Source: an uncultured Phycisphaera sp.
Lineage (GTDB): Bacteria; Planctomycetota; Phycisphaerae; UBA1845
NCBI GenBank assembly: GCA_964646605.1
Contig: CAZYEX010000108.1
Location: 9,382 to 73,381 of the forward strand
Direction: 5' to 3'
Length of the DNA: 64,000 nt
Shown here: one piece after another, positions 24,593 through 34,351 of the stretch
Numbering within the stretch: the first letter of the stretch is position 1
How the letters are laid out: the number at the start of each line of letters is the position of its first letter
Made by a program: the position numbers and the translations under genes
The notes under the pieces: generated by a model
The model's input: the letters and a program-made list of their open reading frames with translations, nothing else
What the model was told of the DNA's origin: nothing
Database searches by the model: none

Positions 24593-26659
24593 CTACTTCT
24601 TCTTTTCCTCCTTGGCGTCCCCTCGGGCGAAAATGCTGGCGACGTAGTTGAGCACGTCCGTGGCACTGGTCTCATTGTATCCGAAGTACTTGATGAGCCG
24701 TTGCTTCACGACGTCGATTTTCGCCTGGGTCTCATCGTCCACCACGCCGGACACGACGTTTTTCAGTTTGATCGTGTCGCGCTGGTCCTCGAACAGCTTC
24801 AGTTCCAACGCTTTGTGCAGTCGGGCGTTGGTATGATAATCGAACTTTTTTCCGTCGAGCGAAAGAGCGCCAATGTAGTTCATGATCTCCTGGCGGAAAT
24901 CATCCTTGCGGCTTTCGGGAATATCTATTTTCTCCTCGATGGAGCGCATGAGCCGCTCGTCGGGAGGCTCGTCCTTGCCGGTGTAACGGTTGCGCACCCG
25001 CTCGTGCTGGGTATAGGCGCGGACGTTTTCAATATAGTTCGAGCACAGGCGGGCGATGGCGTCCTCATCGGCGCTGATGGCCCGTTGCACCTCCGATTTG
25101 AGAATATCTTCGTATTCCTCGCGGATCATCACCAAGAGTTCGCGGTAGCGGTTGCGGATCTCTTCATCGGTGATCAAACTGTGATGAGACAAACCCGATT
25201 CGAGCTCGTTCATCACCATGAAGGGGTTGATGCACTTTTCCTGAATCGCTTGGTCGCTGACCAGTGCATTGGAGAGTTTGTCCTGGATATATCGCGGGCT
25301 GATGCCCTGCATACCTTCGCGCGGGGCTTCGTCGCGCAACTCGCGCACGGAGTCCTCGGTGAAGTTGGGGATGCTCTTACCATTGTACAACTTCACCTTT
25401 TGCATGAGGGTGAGTCCGGCCTTCTTGGGTTCCTCCAAGCGCGTGAGCACCGCCCACATGGCCGCCATTTCGATGGTATGCGGCGCAATATGGATGCCGC
25501 GAATGCGTTCTTTGTTGAAGTCCTTGTTGTAAATGGCGATCTCGTCGTCCAGGCGAATGTTGTAGGGTATATCAATCTTGATGGTACGATCGCGGAACGC
25601 TTCCATGAGTTCGTTCGACTGGAGCTTCTTGTACTCGGGCTCATTGGTATGCCCGATGATGACTTCGTCGATGTGCGTCTGAGCGAACTTCTTGGGCTTG
25701 ATGACGTGCTCCTGCGACGCCCCGAGCAGGTCGTAGAGAAACGCCACGTCAAGTTTGAGCACTTCGATGAACTCGATCATGCCGCGATTGGCGATGTTGA
25801 GTTCTCCGTCGAAGTTGAAAGCGCGGGGATCGCTGTCCGTGCCGTACTCGGCGATCTTGCGGTAGTTGATGTCCCCGGTGAGTTCCGTGGAATCCTGGTT
25901 CTTTTCGTCCTTGGGCTGGAAGGTGCCGATGCCCACGCGGTCCTTTTCACTGAGGACCAATCTGCGGACGTGGATGTGATCCATGACCTTCCGCCAGTCG
26001 CCGCCGTAGCGCAGCAGCAGATCATCGAACATCCGGCGGCAGAAGGGATCGAGCGAGCCGTCGATGCGGATCTGGGCCCCTTCCCCGAGGTCCTGATTGA
26101 TGTGCGTCAAGACCGCCTTGCGTCCCTCGGGCGGGATCAGCTTGAGGGGCTCTTCGTGCATGGGGCAGGGATGGATGCACATCTTGCCGTTTTCGTCGGG
26201 TATGTGCCACGAGAAGGTATAGACCGCTCCCTCATCGAGCTTGGAGTAGTACTCCAATCCCTTCTTCAGAAGGCGGGCGATGGTGCTCTTCGAGGAACCG
26301 ACCGGGCCGTGAAGCAAGAGAATCCGACGCTCCGTGCCGTACTGATGGGCGGCGGACTTGAAGAAATCGACCAGGTTCATCAGCGGCCGGTCCAGGCCGT
26401 AAATGGCGTCGGCGCCGCTGTCGATGGGATCATCGAAAAACTTGTAGCGGACGAGTTCCTGGCGGAGCATCGAATAGCGCCGCTGCCCGAAGTGCATCAC
26501 CATGTCGTACATTCGTTGGAAGGCGTTGCGGGCGATGCGCGGATTGCTGGTCACCAGGCCGAGGTATTCCTGAAAGGAACCTTCCCAATGCTGCTCGCGA
26601 AAGCGATCGGGGTTGAGGTGCTGCTCTACGACGCTAAAAAGGTCCTGGGCCGTTGTCAT
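24593..26659 (-). CDS. prkA: PrkA family serine protein kinase (AAA+ type)
   Basis: [33 protein letters not shown]..., Walker [14 protein letters not shown]. Start taken at ATG 26659; the upstream 55 codons look non-coding. Confidence 0.9.
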   Translation of the reverse strand: MTTAQDLFSVVEQHLNPDRFREQHWEGSFQEYLGLVTSNPRIARNAFQRMYDMVMHFGQRRYSMLRQELVRYKFFDDPIDSGADAIYGLDRPLMNLVDFFKSAAHQYGTERRILLLHGPVGSSKSTIARLLKKGLEYYSKLDEGAVYTFSWHIPDENGKMCIHPCPMHEEPLKLIPPEGRKAVLTHINQDLGEGAQIRIDGSLDPFCRRMFDDLLLRYGGDWRKVMDHIHVRRLVLSEKDRVGIGTFQPKDEKNQDSTELTGDINYRKIAEYGTDSDPRAFNFDGELNIANRGMIEFIEVLKLDVAFLYDLLGASQEHVIKPKKFAQTHIDEVIIGHTNEPEYKKLQSNELMEAFRDRTIKIDIPYNIRLDDEIAIYNKDFNKERIRGIHIAPHTIEMAAMWAVLTRLEEPKKAGLTLMQKVKLYNGKSIPNFTEDSVRELRDEAPREGMQGISPRYIQDKLSNALVSDQAIQEKCINPFMVMNELESGLSHHSLITDEEIRNRYRELLVMIREEYEDILKSEVQRAISADEDAIARLCSNYIENVRAYTQHERVRNRYTGKDEPPDERLMRSIEEKIDIPESRKDDFRQEIMNYIGALSLDGKKFDYHTNARLHKALELKLFEDQRDTIKLKNVVSGVVDDETQAKIDVVKQRLIKYFGYNETSATDVLNYVASIFARGDAKEEKKK

Positions 26660-27076
26660 ACACGCCGATCTCCCTTCCGACGTCGTCCTTCGCGCCGGGT
26701 TCGGTTGCGGTCGTCGCACGGAATCGGGGAGGGGTTGTACGTGCGATGGGCTCCGGCGCGTGCATCCGTTCGCCGATCCGTCGGAACGTTTCGGTCGACC
26801 GTCGCCTTCCAGGCCGCTTCCCAATAGTCACTCAACTTTAGGACCCTGCCACGCCGGAGTCAACGAACCACGGCACCAAAGTGTCCTGCAACGCGACCGT
26901 TCCGAACGTACTCCCGCGCTCCGCCGCCTGCCGGGCGCGGTGACCAGTAGTCGATATCGACCGCGGGCGTTGTCCTCTGTTGAAAGAGTTTCAGTTGGGC
27001 CGTGAATGGGTGGGCTTGGCGTGCATGGACGAGCCCTGCCGGGACCTACAAGTCAATTGCGGCGACCGATATTCTC

Positions 27077-28177
27077 TCAGGTGGGTTGGCTTGGGGCGGT
27101 GTTGCGCGGGTCCGCAAATCCCATTGCGGAATCGACAATTTTCCGCAGGCGGCGCGTAGCCGAGGGAACATCCGCATGGGCGATGACCGCCTGGCAGACA
27201 CACAGGCCGCAAGGCGTTTGGCGGAGCACGTCGCCCGCGTTCGACTCAGTGATCCCGCCGATGGCTACCACAGGAATCGAGGTCACTTTCCTCGCGGCGG
27301 CGAGCAAGGCAGGGCCGGCGATATGCGCCTGGGGCTTGGTCGGCGAGTCGAACATGGGGCCGACGGCGATGTAGTCGGGCGCGACGGCGGCGGCCGCTCG
27401 GACCTGGTCGATGGTGTGCGTGCTGACGCCCACCAGCATGGTGGGGGGAAGAATGCGACGCGCCGCCGCGACGGGCAAGTCGTCCTGTCCCAAGTGTACG
27501 CCGTCCGCGCTCGCCGCTAGAGCGATGTCGGGACGGTCGTTGACCACGGATAGGACGGCATGGTCCCGGCAGAGCCTGGCGAGCTTTTTGGCGCGCTCCA
27601 AGAGCCCACGGTCGGAAAGGTCCTTCTCGCGCAGTTGAATGCAGTCCGCCCCGCCGTCGATCGCGGCGCGGGCCGTCTCGAACCAATCACCGCGGCAAAG
27701 CGACTCCGTCAGGAGCACATAGAGGCGAACGCGCGCGAAGCGTTGGCGAGCTTGCGTCGTCAAGACGAGGCGGCGTTCGAGGTCGTATCCTTGGTATCGA
27801 AGGCGTTCGACGGCGCGGGCGAAGTCGATATTGATGGTCTTGCCGAATTCCTCCAATACGCGAAGGGCTTCGCTGAGGCGCTTGGCCGCGGCGACGGCGA
27901 CTTCGGATGCGTCCCCGCGCCGATACTCCGTATCCACGGCGATTTCGCGCCCGACATCGCCACCCACGTCGCGACACTCGACCCCCGAACCCCTGTCGTC
28001 CGTCGGGGAGTAGAACCGTCGCTGGGCGTCGGCAAGAGCGTGGCGAAGTTCCTTGATGGGCGCTGCCAGACCCGCGTCATCTAGCGCAAACCGCGCATAT
28101 TCCTCCATGACCCGCAACGCCTCGCGGGCCCGGTTGAAGTTGGCGTCGAGAATGCGAAGGCAAGCAGGGTCCGACAT
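27077..28177 (-). CDS. thiE: thiamine-phosphate synthase with an N-terminal extra domain
   Basis: The C-terminal ~210 aa (RLYVLLTE...ADCIQLREKD...VNDRPDIALA..ADGVHLGQDD...VGVSTH...ADYIAVGPMF.SPTK...VVAIGGI) are classic ThiE. The N-terminal ~150 aa (LRILDANFNRAREALRVMEEYARF) form a fused domain of unknown role. Confidence 0.85.
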   Translation of the reverse strand: MSDPACLRILDANFNRAREALRVMEEYARFALDDAGLAAPIKELRHALADAQRRFYSPTDDRGSGVECRDVGGDVGREIAVDTEYRRGDASEVAVAAAKRLSEALRVLEEFGKTINIDFARAVERLRYQGYDLERRLVLTTQARQRFARVRLYVLLTESLCRGDWFETARAAIDGGADCIQLREKDLSDRGLLERAKKLARLCRDHAVLSVVNDRPDIALAASADGVHLGQDDLPVAAARRILPPTMLVGVSTHTIDQVRAAAAVAPDYIAVGPMFDSPTKPQAHIAGPALLAAARKVTSIPVVAIGGITESNAGDVLRQTPCGLCVCQAVIAHADVPSATRRLRKIVDSAMGFADPRNTAPSQPT

Positions 28178-28511
28178 TCCAGCACCTTCAACGGTCGGCG
28201 GTTCCTGGCACGCCGGCCTGAGCTTCGTCCATGGATCTCCGCCACCCCCAGCCGAGCCGCACCGGTACTATGGGGCCTATCCCACGACAGTGTAGCGATC
28301 GGAGTTCGGGGGTGCGAAGCACATCCTTCGCTCCGCCCGAAGGTGGTGTTGTTTCGAGGGCGCTTCCTTTGAGAATATCGGTCCCACCGGCCACGCCGTA
28401 ACCTATCCATGAGTCGGCGATCCCTTGGACCACAGAACCCCCCTGCGGCATCCGATGAACGATGGACGTTTCTGGTGAGTCAGGCTAAGTTCATTTACGG
28501 AGTGTCAAACC

Positions 28512-29117
28512 ATGACGGGACGAACGATGCAAATTGCGGGCGTTTTGGCGGCGGTGGGCCTTGTGTTGTCGGCCGGGTGCGGAGGCGCGGGCGGCGGCGC
28601 CTTGCCGGACGCGGTGACCCTCGAACTACCCGACGGTACGACGGTCGAGGTCGATCAGGGGGCAGGCGCGCCGTCGCTGGAGAATACCACCTGGCAATTC
28701 TATCGCACCGCGGGCTCGGCGCAGTCGCTGCCCTTCGTCACCATCACCTTCGGCGAGGGCGGGACTCTGGAACGCTTCGACGACAACACCTTCGCGACGC
28801 CGATTTTCGGGGACAGCGTCGTCTTTGATGGGGAGCGGCACACCACGACCCAAAAGGGGTTGACCTACTCGGCGGCGACCTTTGGGGCGGAGACGTCGGA
28901 TGCCACGGGCTTCACCTTCGAGGGTCGATTGGCGGCCTTTGCCGCGGGGATCGAGGCGGCAACGGCCACGGCGACGGCGGCGGCGACGTTCGACGCCGAT
29001 GATCCCGACACGGTGGTGGGCACCTTCACCTTCACCAGCCGGGTCACCCTGGCCTCCATCCCCGAAGGCAACACGGACGACGAGTTCACCTTCATCGGGC
29101 ATCGAGTGACAGAGTAG
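28512..29117 (+). CDS. hypothetical lipoprotein
   Basis: Lipobox LVLSAGC after MTGRTMQIAGVLAAVG. Alanine/threonine-rich. No domain recognised. Confidence 0.6.
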   Translation: MTGRTMQIAGVLAAVGLVLSAGCGGAGGGALPDAVTLELPDGTTVEVDQGAGAPSLENTTWQFYRTAGSAQSLPFVTITFGEGGTLERFDDNTFATPIFGDSVVFDGERHTTTQKGLTYSAATFGAETSDATGFTFEGRLAAFAAGIEAATATATAAATFDADDPDTVVGTFTFTSRVTLASIPEGNTDDEFTFIGHRVTE

Positions 29118-29138
29118 CGGCACGAAGGTCCCAGCGCG

Positions 29139-31034
29139 CTACGGGCAGGCCGTGGCGCCGGACAGGGGATAGGGCAGGCCCTTGAAGGCATCGACGGTCA
29201 AGGTCACATCCAAGGCGTCGATCACTTGGTCGGGTGCGGAAGGGTAGAGGTCGGCCTGGGGCACGGTCGGAGCCCCGGGGACCTGCTTGAACTTGTCGAT
29301 TTGTCCGACGATGTCGAAGGCGTCGACAATGCCGTCGGGCTCCAGGCCCCCCCCGGATCCGATGATGTCGCCCCATAGGGCGGAGGTGGATACCGGCGTG
29401 GCGGTGGAGAAGTTGGCCTCCACGGATCGCGCACATAACGTGCGGATGGCCTGAATCTCGTACGACCCGCCGGGCACGATCGCCGGGTCGGCGATCTCCA
29501 TGGCCCCTACCGACCCCCAATCCATGAAGGCAGGAGTGCAGCGTAGCCGCGAGCGCATGAGGCTGGTCGGCGGGTTCGTTCCGTCGATGAACGACGCCGG
29601 TCGATCGAGCCAGAACGTCGATCCCTCCAAGGATTCAAACGGCGGGGGCATATCCAGAATCCGAAGCCGCAGCGCGGTGTACTCACCAGCGCTGCCCGGG
29701 ATGACGCTCAGGTAACGGTTTTTGGCGACGAAAGGGACCCGCGCTTGCGGCGCCTCCGGCGGGGTGCAGGTTGGTCCGACGGCCTCGGAGGGATCCAGAA
29801 CGAACAAACCGGCCTGCATGTCGGAGATGAGGATAGACCCGCTGGGCAGCCCGCCGTAACAACCCCAGGCCCCGTTGAAGCTGCGTCCGTTGTTAAAGGG
29901 GTAGGTGTCGAAATATCCGACTTCGTGGGCGGCGTTGACATTGGCGATGTCCTGGACGCGGTATCCCGTGGTGTAGTTGGCCTGGTGCGTGAAGTTGCCG
30001 CGGACGTACTGGTTGTGGTCGATGGAGATTTGGCCGTTGGTGAAGCTGGTCACCAAGAACGGGGCGCTAAGGTTCGACACGTTGACCACATAAGTCGTCG
30101 TCGTGGGAACCAACCCTTGCGACTCATCCAATTCGTCGTCGATCACCACGTGTTGCCGGTCGGCGGTGAGCTCCCCCTGGTGGCAATAGGCGAGCGTGGG
30201 GTAGGTCAAAGTGGCCATCGTGAACATATTGGATTTTGTGGTTACGTCCACGATTTTCAAACCCTGTCCGCCGCAATAACAGAAGGCGATTTCGCGCCCC
30301 GCGTAGGGGCCTTCGTTGTAGGTCACGATTTGGGCGGCGTGTACGTACGTGGCTTGGATCATCTGCCCGGCGATCTGCGGCGAGGCCGGGTTGGCGAGAT
30401 TGATGGCGACCAGTCGTCCGCCGCCCAGGTTGGACCCGGAGAGATACGCGAAGCGACTCTGGGTATTGAGATACAAGGTGTGCGAGGTCTGGAGTCCGCT
30501 CTGGTTGAAGACCCCCGCCAGCGTTACCCGTCGAGTCGGCGGATCGATCTCCGAAAGGTTGATGATCTGCATGCCCCCGCCGGACTCGTTGACGTTGTAG
30601 GCGTAGGGCCAAAGGACCTTCATGTCGCTCCAGATGGAATTCGAGTCGCTGATCGCCCCCACGACGAACGGGTTGTAGGGGTCGGTTACATCGACGAAGC
30701 CCGTTCCCACGCGCAGGCCGAGAACGGCGTACTCGCGGCCCAACTTGGAGACGAACCCCCACACATCGTTGGCGCAGACGTTGGTGGAGGAAGGGTTACA
30801 GGTGGTGTTGGTGGAGAACTGTTGAGGGAGAACTTGACTGAGGAGGGCCACGTCCTGAGAATCGAAGACCGCTGCGGTCGAACCGCCGGCGACCGCGACG
30901 TCATCGGACATGGCTTGGCGTTCCAGGTCCTCCTCGGTGAGCCATGGTGGGATCGACACGGCGCGCTGGGCCGTAACCGCGAACCCCAACAGCATCACGC
31001 CAACAAAAAGGCCCGTCCGAGCGGATCCGCCCAT
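29139..31034 (-). CDS. secreted LVIVD-repeat / choice-of-anchor-B-like beta-propeller protein
   Basis: NDVWGFVSKLGREYAVLGLRVGTGFVDVTDPYNPFVVG...WSDMKVLWPYAYNVNESGGGMQIINL, GLKIVDVTT, GLFVLDPSE. AGGAGGG lies upstream of ATG 31034 and is followed by a signal peptide. Confidence 0.7.
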   Translation of the reverse strand: MGGSARTGLFVGVMLLGFAVTAQRAVSIPPWLTEEDLERQAMSDDVAVAGGSTAAVFDSQDVALLSQVLPQQFSTNTTCNPSSTNVCANDVWGFVSKLGREYAVLGLRVGTGFVDVTDPYNPFVVGAISDSNSIWSDMKVLWPYAYNVNESGGGMQIINLSEIDPPTRRVTLAGVFNQSGLQTSHTLYLNTQSRFAYLSGSNLGGGRLVAINLANPASPQIAGQMIQATYVHAAQIVTYNEGPYAGREIAFCYCGGQGLKIVDVTTKSNMFTMATLTYPTLAYCHQGELTADRQHVVIDDELDESQGLVPTTTTYVVNVSNLSAPFLVTSFTNGQISIDHNQYVRGNFTHQANYTTGYRVQDIANVNAAHEVGYFDTYPFNNGRSFNGAWGCYGGLPSGSILISDMQAGLFVLDPSEAVGPTCTPPEAPQARVPFVAKNRYLSVIPGSAGEYTALRLRILDMPPPFESLEGSTFWLDRPASFIDGTNPPTSLMRSRLRCTPAFMDWGSVGAMEIADPAIVPGGSYEIQAIRTLCARSVEANFSTATPVSTSALWGDIIGSGGGLEPDGIVDAFDIVGQIDKFKQVPGAPTVPQADLYPSAPDQVIDALDVTLTVDAFKGLPYPLSGATACP

Positions 31035-31180
31035 CGGTTCACCCTCCTGGAATCTGCCACCCCACGTCCCCGGCACCCCTATGCCCCCCACGGCAGGTCG
31101 GCGACCCATAAGTATATCCGATTGGCGAGCGTTTGGAAACACCCCATCCGTCGCATTCTCGAGCCCTGGCCGGGTCTGCG

Positions 31181-31555
31181 TTATTGGGGACAAGTGACTT
31201 CCAGAAGGTTCGCTTCCGGGTCCTGAAAATAGATGGACAGGGCGACGCCGTGGTCGATGGGCCCGCGGAAATTGATGCCGCGGCCCGCCAGATGGCGTTG
31301 TGCGGCCTCAAACCCGGCCCGATCGGTCCGCCAAGCCACTCGATGCCAGCCGGGCGTGCCGTCTGTCCGCTTTGCCGTGTCCCCCGTGCTTTGGAACAGC
31401 GCCAGCGTTGTCCCCCCCGCGCCGATCATGATCGGCTCGGGATTCCAACGACAAACTTCGACCAGCCCCAGGACCTCGCCGTACCAGCGGATGGCTGCGG
31501 GGATGTCGCGCACGAACAGCTCTACGTGGTCGATTCCCTCGACGCGAAACGTCAT
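31181..31555 (-). CDS. VOC family (glyoxalase/bleomycin-resistance/dioxygenase fold) protein
   Basis: MTFRVEGIDHVELFVRDIPAAIRWYGEVLGL...SIYFQDPEANLLEV is a typical VOC beta-alpha-beta-beta-beta module. Confidence 0.75.
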   Translation of the reverse strand: MTFRVEGIDHVELFVRDIPAAIRWYGEVLGLVEVCRWNPEPIMIGAGGTTLALFQSTGDTAKRTDGTPGWHRVAWRTDRAGFEAAQRHLAGRGINFRGPIDHGVALSIYFQDPEANLLEVTCPQ

Positions 31556-31656
31556 TCGTCCTCCAGGCACACCCGTCCGTTGCGGCGCGGTGCGGGGAGG
31601 CTACAGTATCGCAACCTCTCGCCGCTGTCAGCCGCCGACGGAGGGACGCAAGCACG

Positions 31657-34320
31657 ATGACGACCTTGAAGACACCGCTTTCCTCTCCCCCTTCGGCGCC
31701 CACGGGGACCGATGCCCTTACCCCGGCCATGCGGCAGTATACCGAGCAGAAAAAACGGGTCGGCGAGGCCGTCCTCCTCTTCCGGATGGGCGACTTCTAT
31801 GAGACCTTTTACGACGACGCCGTCTTGTGCTCCAAGGTTCTGGGCATTGCCCTGACCTCGCGCAGCAAGCAGAACGACAAGCCGATTCCGCTGGCGGGCA
31901 TCCCCTATCACGCCTTGGACAGCTACCTCGGCAAGCTCGTTGCGGCGGGATACAAGGTCGCGATTTCCGAGCAGCTCGAGGACCCCAAGGCGGCCAAGGG
32001 GGTGATCCGCCGCGACGTGGTCCGCATCGTCACCCCCGGGACGCTCACCGAGGAGTCTTTGCTCGACGACCGGGATGACAGCACACTGGCATCTCTCTGT
32101 CTTCGCGGCGGTCGCGCGGGGTTGGCCCTGGTGGATCTGGCCGGCGGACGCTTCGAGGTGCAGGAAACGTCGTCGGGCGAGGCCCTGGATTGGTTGGTCC
32201 GCGCCCGACCGGCGGAACTGCTGATCGACGACGGGCGCGGTGCGGACGTGGAGTCCGTCGCCCAACAACTCCACGATCTGTGCGCCACGACCGTCACCCG
32301 CCGCTCGCTCCAGGAGTTTGCCACGTATGCGGCCCAGCGAGCGCTGCTCGACCACTTCCAGGTCGCCACCCTGGCCGGGTTCGGATTCGAGGAAATGGAC
32401 GCGTCGCTGTGCGCCGCGGGGTGCGCCTTGGCGTACCTCAAGGAAACCCAGAAAACGGCGCTGGTCCATCTGGCCACGCTTCGCCGCCGCGAGGCCGCCG
32501 ATCATGTACACATCGATCACAGCAGTTGGCGCTCCCTGGAGATCGAGCGGACGCTGCGCGGCGGCGCCTACGAGGGGAGTCTTCTCCACGCCATCGATCG
32601 GACCGTCCACCCCATCGGGGGACGCAAACTGCGGCACTGGTTGCGGGCGCCGCTCTTGGACCGAGCGGAGATCCTGGGGCGGCAGGAAGCCGTCGCGTGC
32701 CTCGTTGATGACACTCTCTCACGAACCAAGATTCGCCAACGACTACGCACGCTGGCCGACGTCGAGCGCATCGCCGGTCGGGCGGCGCTGGCCCGAGCCT
32801 CGCCGAGAGACCTGAGCGCCCTGGGAAAAACGCTTGCCGCCCTTCCGGACTTGGTCGGCCTGCTTCCCGAGGCTCGTGCGGAGTTGTTGACCACAATCGG
32901 CGAAGACTTTTCCGGAATGGGCGAACTCGCCGAACTTCTGGGGCGGGCCCTTGGCGACGACCCGCCGATGAGCGTCCGCGAGGGCGGGTTCATCGCAGGG
33001 GGTTACGACGCGGAGCTGGATCGCCTCCGGGCCATCGGTCAGGACGGGCAGCAATGGCTGGCCGAATACCAGCGTCAGCAGATTCAACGGACCGGCATCG
33101 CCAACCTTAAAGCCGGGTTCAACCGCGTCTTCGGGTATTACCTCGAAATTCCCAACAGCGGCCGCGACAAGGTCCCGCCCGAATACATCCGCAAACAGAC
33201 CGTCAAGAACGCCGAGCGCTACATCACCGAGCAACTCAAGAACTACGAGACGGAAGTGCTCACCGCCCAGGAGCGGGCCAACGAGTTGGAGTACACGCTC
33301 TTCGAGCGCCTGCGCGAGCAGGTCGCGGGTTGGATGTCCGCGCTGCTTCGCGTGGCCGACGCCGTCGGGCGATTCGATTGCCTTTCCGCACTCGCGGAAC
33401 TGGCCGTCCAGCGGCGTTACGTGCGCCCGCAGATCGTGGAAGACGGGAGGCTCGAAATCCGCGACGGACGCCATCCGGTCTTGGATCAGGTGCTCGCGGA
33501 TTCGTTTGTCCCCAATGACACGCTGATGATCGGCGACGACGCCCGGGTCTTTGTGATCACCGGGCCCAACATGGCCGGGAAAAGCACGTACATCCGCCAG
33601 GTCGCCCTGCTCACCCTGCTGGCCCAGGTCGGCTCCTTCGTACCGGCCAGGGCCATGTCGTTCTCCATCGTCGATCGCATCTTCGCCCGCGTGGGCTCCT
33701 CCGACGAGATCATGCGCGGGCAGTCCACCTTCATGGTCGAGATGACCGAGGCCGCCAACATCCTGCACCACGCCACGCGCAGCTCCTTGGTGGTCCTCGA
33801 CGAATTGGGGCGGGGCACGAGCACCTTCGACGGCCTGTCGCTGGCCTGGGCCATCACCGAGCACCTCGCCAACGTCACGCAGTGCCGCACGTTTGTCGCT
33901 ACGCATTATCACGAGATGACGGAGCTGGCCGATCTGCTGCGGAACGTACGCAACTACAACGTAGCCATCCGCGAGTACCCCCCCAGCGGCGACCGCGACG
34001 GGGGGATCATCTTTCTGCATAAGATCGTGGAGGGCGGGGCGAGCCAGAGCTACGGTATTCACGTCGCCCGGCTGGCCGGTCTGCCGCCCGCCGTGGTGCA
34101 GCGCAGCCGCGAGGTGCTCGAGGAACTGCAACGCGGATTCGCCAAGGAATCCCACTCCCCGCAACTGGCGAGGAAAAAGACCCGCGACGACGGCCAACTT
34201 CCACTGTTCCGCGATTCCAGCGACGAACTGCTGGACGCTTTGCGCGGGATGGACCCCAGCCGAGTGACGCCGTTGGAGGCGTTGCAGAAGCTCACGGAGT
34301 GGAAACAGCGGTTTTCGTAG
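31657..34320 (+). CDS. mutS: DNA mismatch repair protein MutS
   Basis: 887 aa. TPAMRQYTEQKKRVGEAVLLFRMGDFYETFYDDA, Walker A ITGPNMAGKSTYIRQ, STFMVEMTE, DELGRGTSTFDG. Confidence 0.95.
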   Translation: MTTLKTPLSSPPSAPTGTDALTPAMRQYTEQKKRVGEAVLLFRMGDFYETFYDDAVLCSKVLGIALTSRSKQNDKPIPLAGIPYHALDSYLGKLVAAGYKVAISEQLEDPKAAKGVIRRDVVRIVTPGTLTEESLLDDRDDSTLASLCLRGGRAGLALVDLAGGRFEVQETSSGEALDWLVRARPAELLIDDGRGADVESVAQQLHDLCATTVTRRSLQEFATYAAQRALLDHFQVATLAGFGFEEMDASLCAAGCALAYLKETQKTALVHLATLRRREAADHVHIDHSSWRSLEIERTLRGGAYEGSLLHAIDRTVHPIGGRKLRHWLRAPLLDRAEILGRQEAVACLVDDTLSRTKIRQRLRTLADVERIAGRAALARASPRDLSALGKTLAALPDLVGLLPEARAELLTTIGEDFSGMGELAELLGRALGDDPPMSVREGGFIAGGYDAELDRLRAIGQDGQQWLAEYQRQQIQRTGIANLKAGFNRVFGYYLEIPNSGRDKVPPEYIRKQTVKNAERYITEQLKNYETEVLTAQERANELEYTLFERLREQVAGWMSALLRVADAVGRFDCLSALAELAVQRRYVRPQIVEDGRLEIRDGRHPVLDQVLADSFVPNDTLMIGDDARVFVITGPNMAGKSTYIRQVALLTLLAQVGSFVPARAMSFSIVDRIFARVGSSDEIMRGQSTFMVEMTEAANILHHATRSSLVVLDELGRGTSTFDGLSLAWAITEHLANVTQCRTFVATHYHEMTELADLLRNVRNYNVAIREYPPSGDRDGGIIFLHKIVEGGASQSYGIHVARLAGLPPAVVQRSREVLEELQRGFAKESHSPQLARKKTRDDGQLPLFRDSSDELLDALRGMDPSRVTPLEALQKLTEWKQRFS

Positions 34321-34351
34321 CGCCGCCCCGCCAATCGACGTGCCGCGCCTT

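Noticed and set aside
24065-26827. 920-aa plus-strand ORF (the longest in the track) and similar long ORFs: 2769-4133(+), 10095-11420(-), 10745-11839(+), 13768-15213(-), 15284-16648(-), 20151-21800(-), 29745-31226(+), 31552-32637(-), 32743-34197(-), 34713-35987(-), 37100-38647(-), 41323-42723(+), 43816-44835(-), 62268-63182(-).
   Set aside because: All are antisense or out-of-frame shadows of genes with clear family signatures (prkA, dnaX, cyt b, DedA/YhhQ, lepB, the LVIVD protein, mutS, the fibre protein, purD, the SH3 protein, pabB/pabC, the RCC1 protein). Their translations are Arg/Pro/Gly-rich low-complexity sequence, typical of open frames in high-GC DNA.
26865-26895. Sigma-54-type promoter (GGCAC...TGCA) in the prkA leader.
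   Set aside because: The GG-to-GC spacing is 14 nt rather than 10, and the element is on the wrong strand for prkA.
28178-28420. TPP riboswitch upstream of thiE.
   Set aside because: The minus-strand leader lacks CUGAGA, ACCUGAUC...GG..AAU.CC.GCG and AGGGA, the invariant THI-box elements. It contains only generic GC hairpins.
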